Below are positions 36,375 through 36,727 of a stretch of DNA of 36,727 nt, piece by piece. The translations under genes and the position numbers were made by a program. Source of the stretch: Octopus sinensis (taxonomy: Eukaryota). The stretch covers positions 1-36,727 of the forward strand of contig NW_021824680.1 in the NCBI RefSeq assembly GCF_006345805.1, given 5' to 3'. The notes under the pieces were generated by a model that saw only the letters and a program-made list of their open reading frames with translations, was not told where the DNA came from and ran no database searches. Each line of letters starts with the position of its first letter. Position 1 is the first letter of the stretch.

Positions 36375-36387
<13 letters not shown>
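36153..36387. repeat. Fold-back of about 81-bp inverted arms enclosing a hammerhead
   Basis: 36153-36233 versus 36306-36387, identical except one T indel; a third partial arm at 36414-36440 follows a (TA)n run. Confidence 0.92.
36255..36300 (-). ncRNA. Minimal type I hammerhead ribozyme, family 5
   Basis: Minus strand: ccac CTGATGA a-tgtc-cttagaaga-gaca-c GAAAC AATT GTA gtgg. Stem I CCAC/GUGG, helix III is the 8-nt palindrome ACAAUUGU, cleavage predicted between 36259 and 36258. Confidence 0.8.
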
Positions 36388-36418
<31 letters not shown>

Positions 36419-36446
36419 ATATTAATTAGAGACAAAACCATGGATA

Positions 36447-36480
36447 TACTAGCAGCTAAGCCCGGTTTCACCCGGTCTGT
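36447..36480 (+). mobile_element. Possible non-autonomous Helitron-like terminus
   Basis: tACTAGCAGctaagCCCGGtttcaCCCGGtc resembles the ACTAGC..CCCG..CCCG termini of Lep1-type Helitron derivatives; the other end was not found. Confidence 0.35.
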
Positions 36481-36526
36481 TTGGATGATGTTGCTGTGAT
36501 TGTTTTCGGTTAGGCATAATCTATAA

Positions 36527-36545
36527 CAGCGTTTCTCAACCTTAT
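36527..36545 (+). mobile_element. Possible hAT-MITE terminus
   Basis: cagcgtttctcaacc resembles the CAGTGGTTCTCAACC TIRs of Charlie-type hAT elements; the partner TIR is not in the window. Confidence 0.3.
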
Positions 36546-36727
36546 TTTTTCGGGGCCCCTGTTTTGATTGGGGCCTCCCCGCTTGTCCGAAAACAGCTTC
36601 AGGAGTTGTGAAGAAAGAATTTGTACGTAGTCTGTTTCTGAGAGCTATTCTATTGGACCTCTGTCTAATCATTAAAACATTGATTTAATTATGAACATAG
36701 AAAGAAATTATACATTAATCCCTGTTT

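Overview
AT-rich eukaryotic DNA, dense with microsatellites and mostly non-coding. The SINE families and the very high (TA)n content suggest an octopus/cephalopod intron or intergenic region (inference from recognising the repeats, not from a database search). Almost every ORF in the supplied track is microsatellite noise or antisense of repeats. The window contains: (1) many copies of at least four tRNA-derived SINE types; (2) a 5'-truncated CR1/L2-group LINE whose 3' stem-loop is shared with one SINE family; (3) decayed R4/Dong-clade (RLE) non-LTR retrotransposon pieces spread over 3.8-11.1 kb and broken by nested insertions; (4) an internally deleted mariner with both TIRs; (5) a 52-bp minisatellite fused to a G-rich minisatellite; (6) three weak candidate exons. 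The most notable signal is RNA-level: five minimal type I hammerhead ribozymes of the Penelope-like-element (PLE) kind, from different sequence families (993, 2687, 4502, 25653, 36255), plus decayed copies. Each sits in a short non-coding cassette bordered by microsatellite, mostly (TA)n. One lies downstream of a tRNA-derived Pol III head, which suggests a tRNA-headed hammerhead SINE. One has an A6U core substitution. Two have fold-back inversions on their 5' side.
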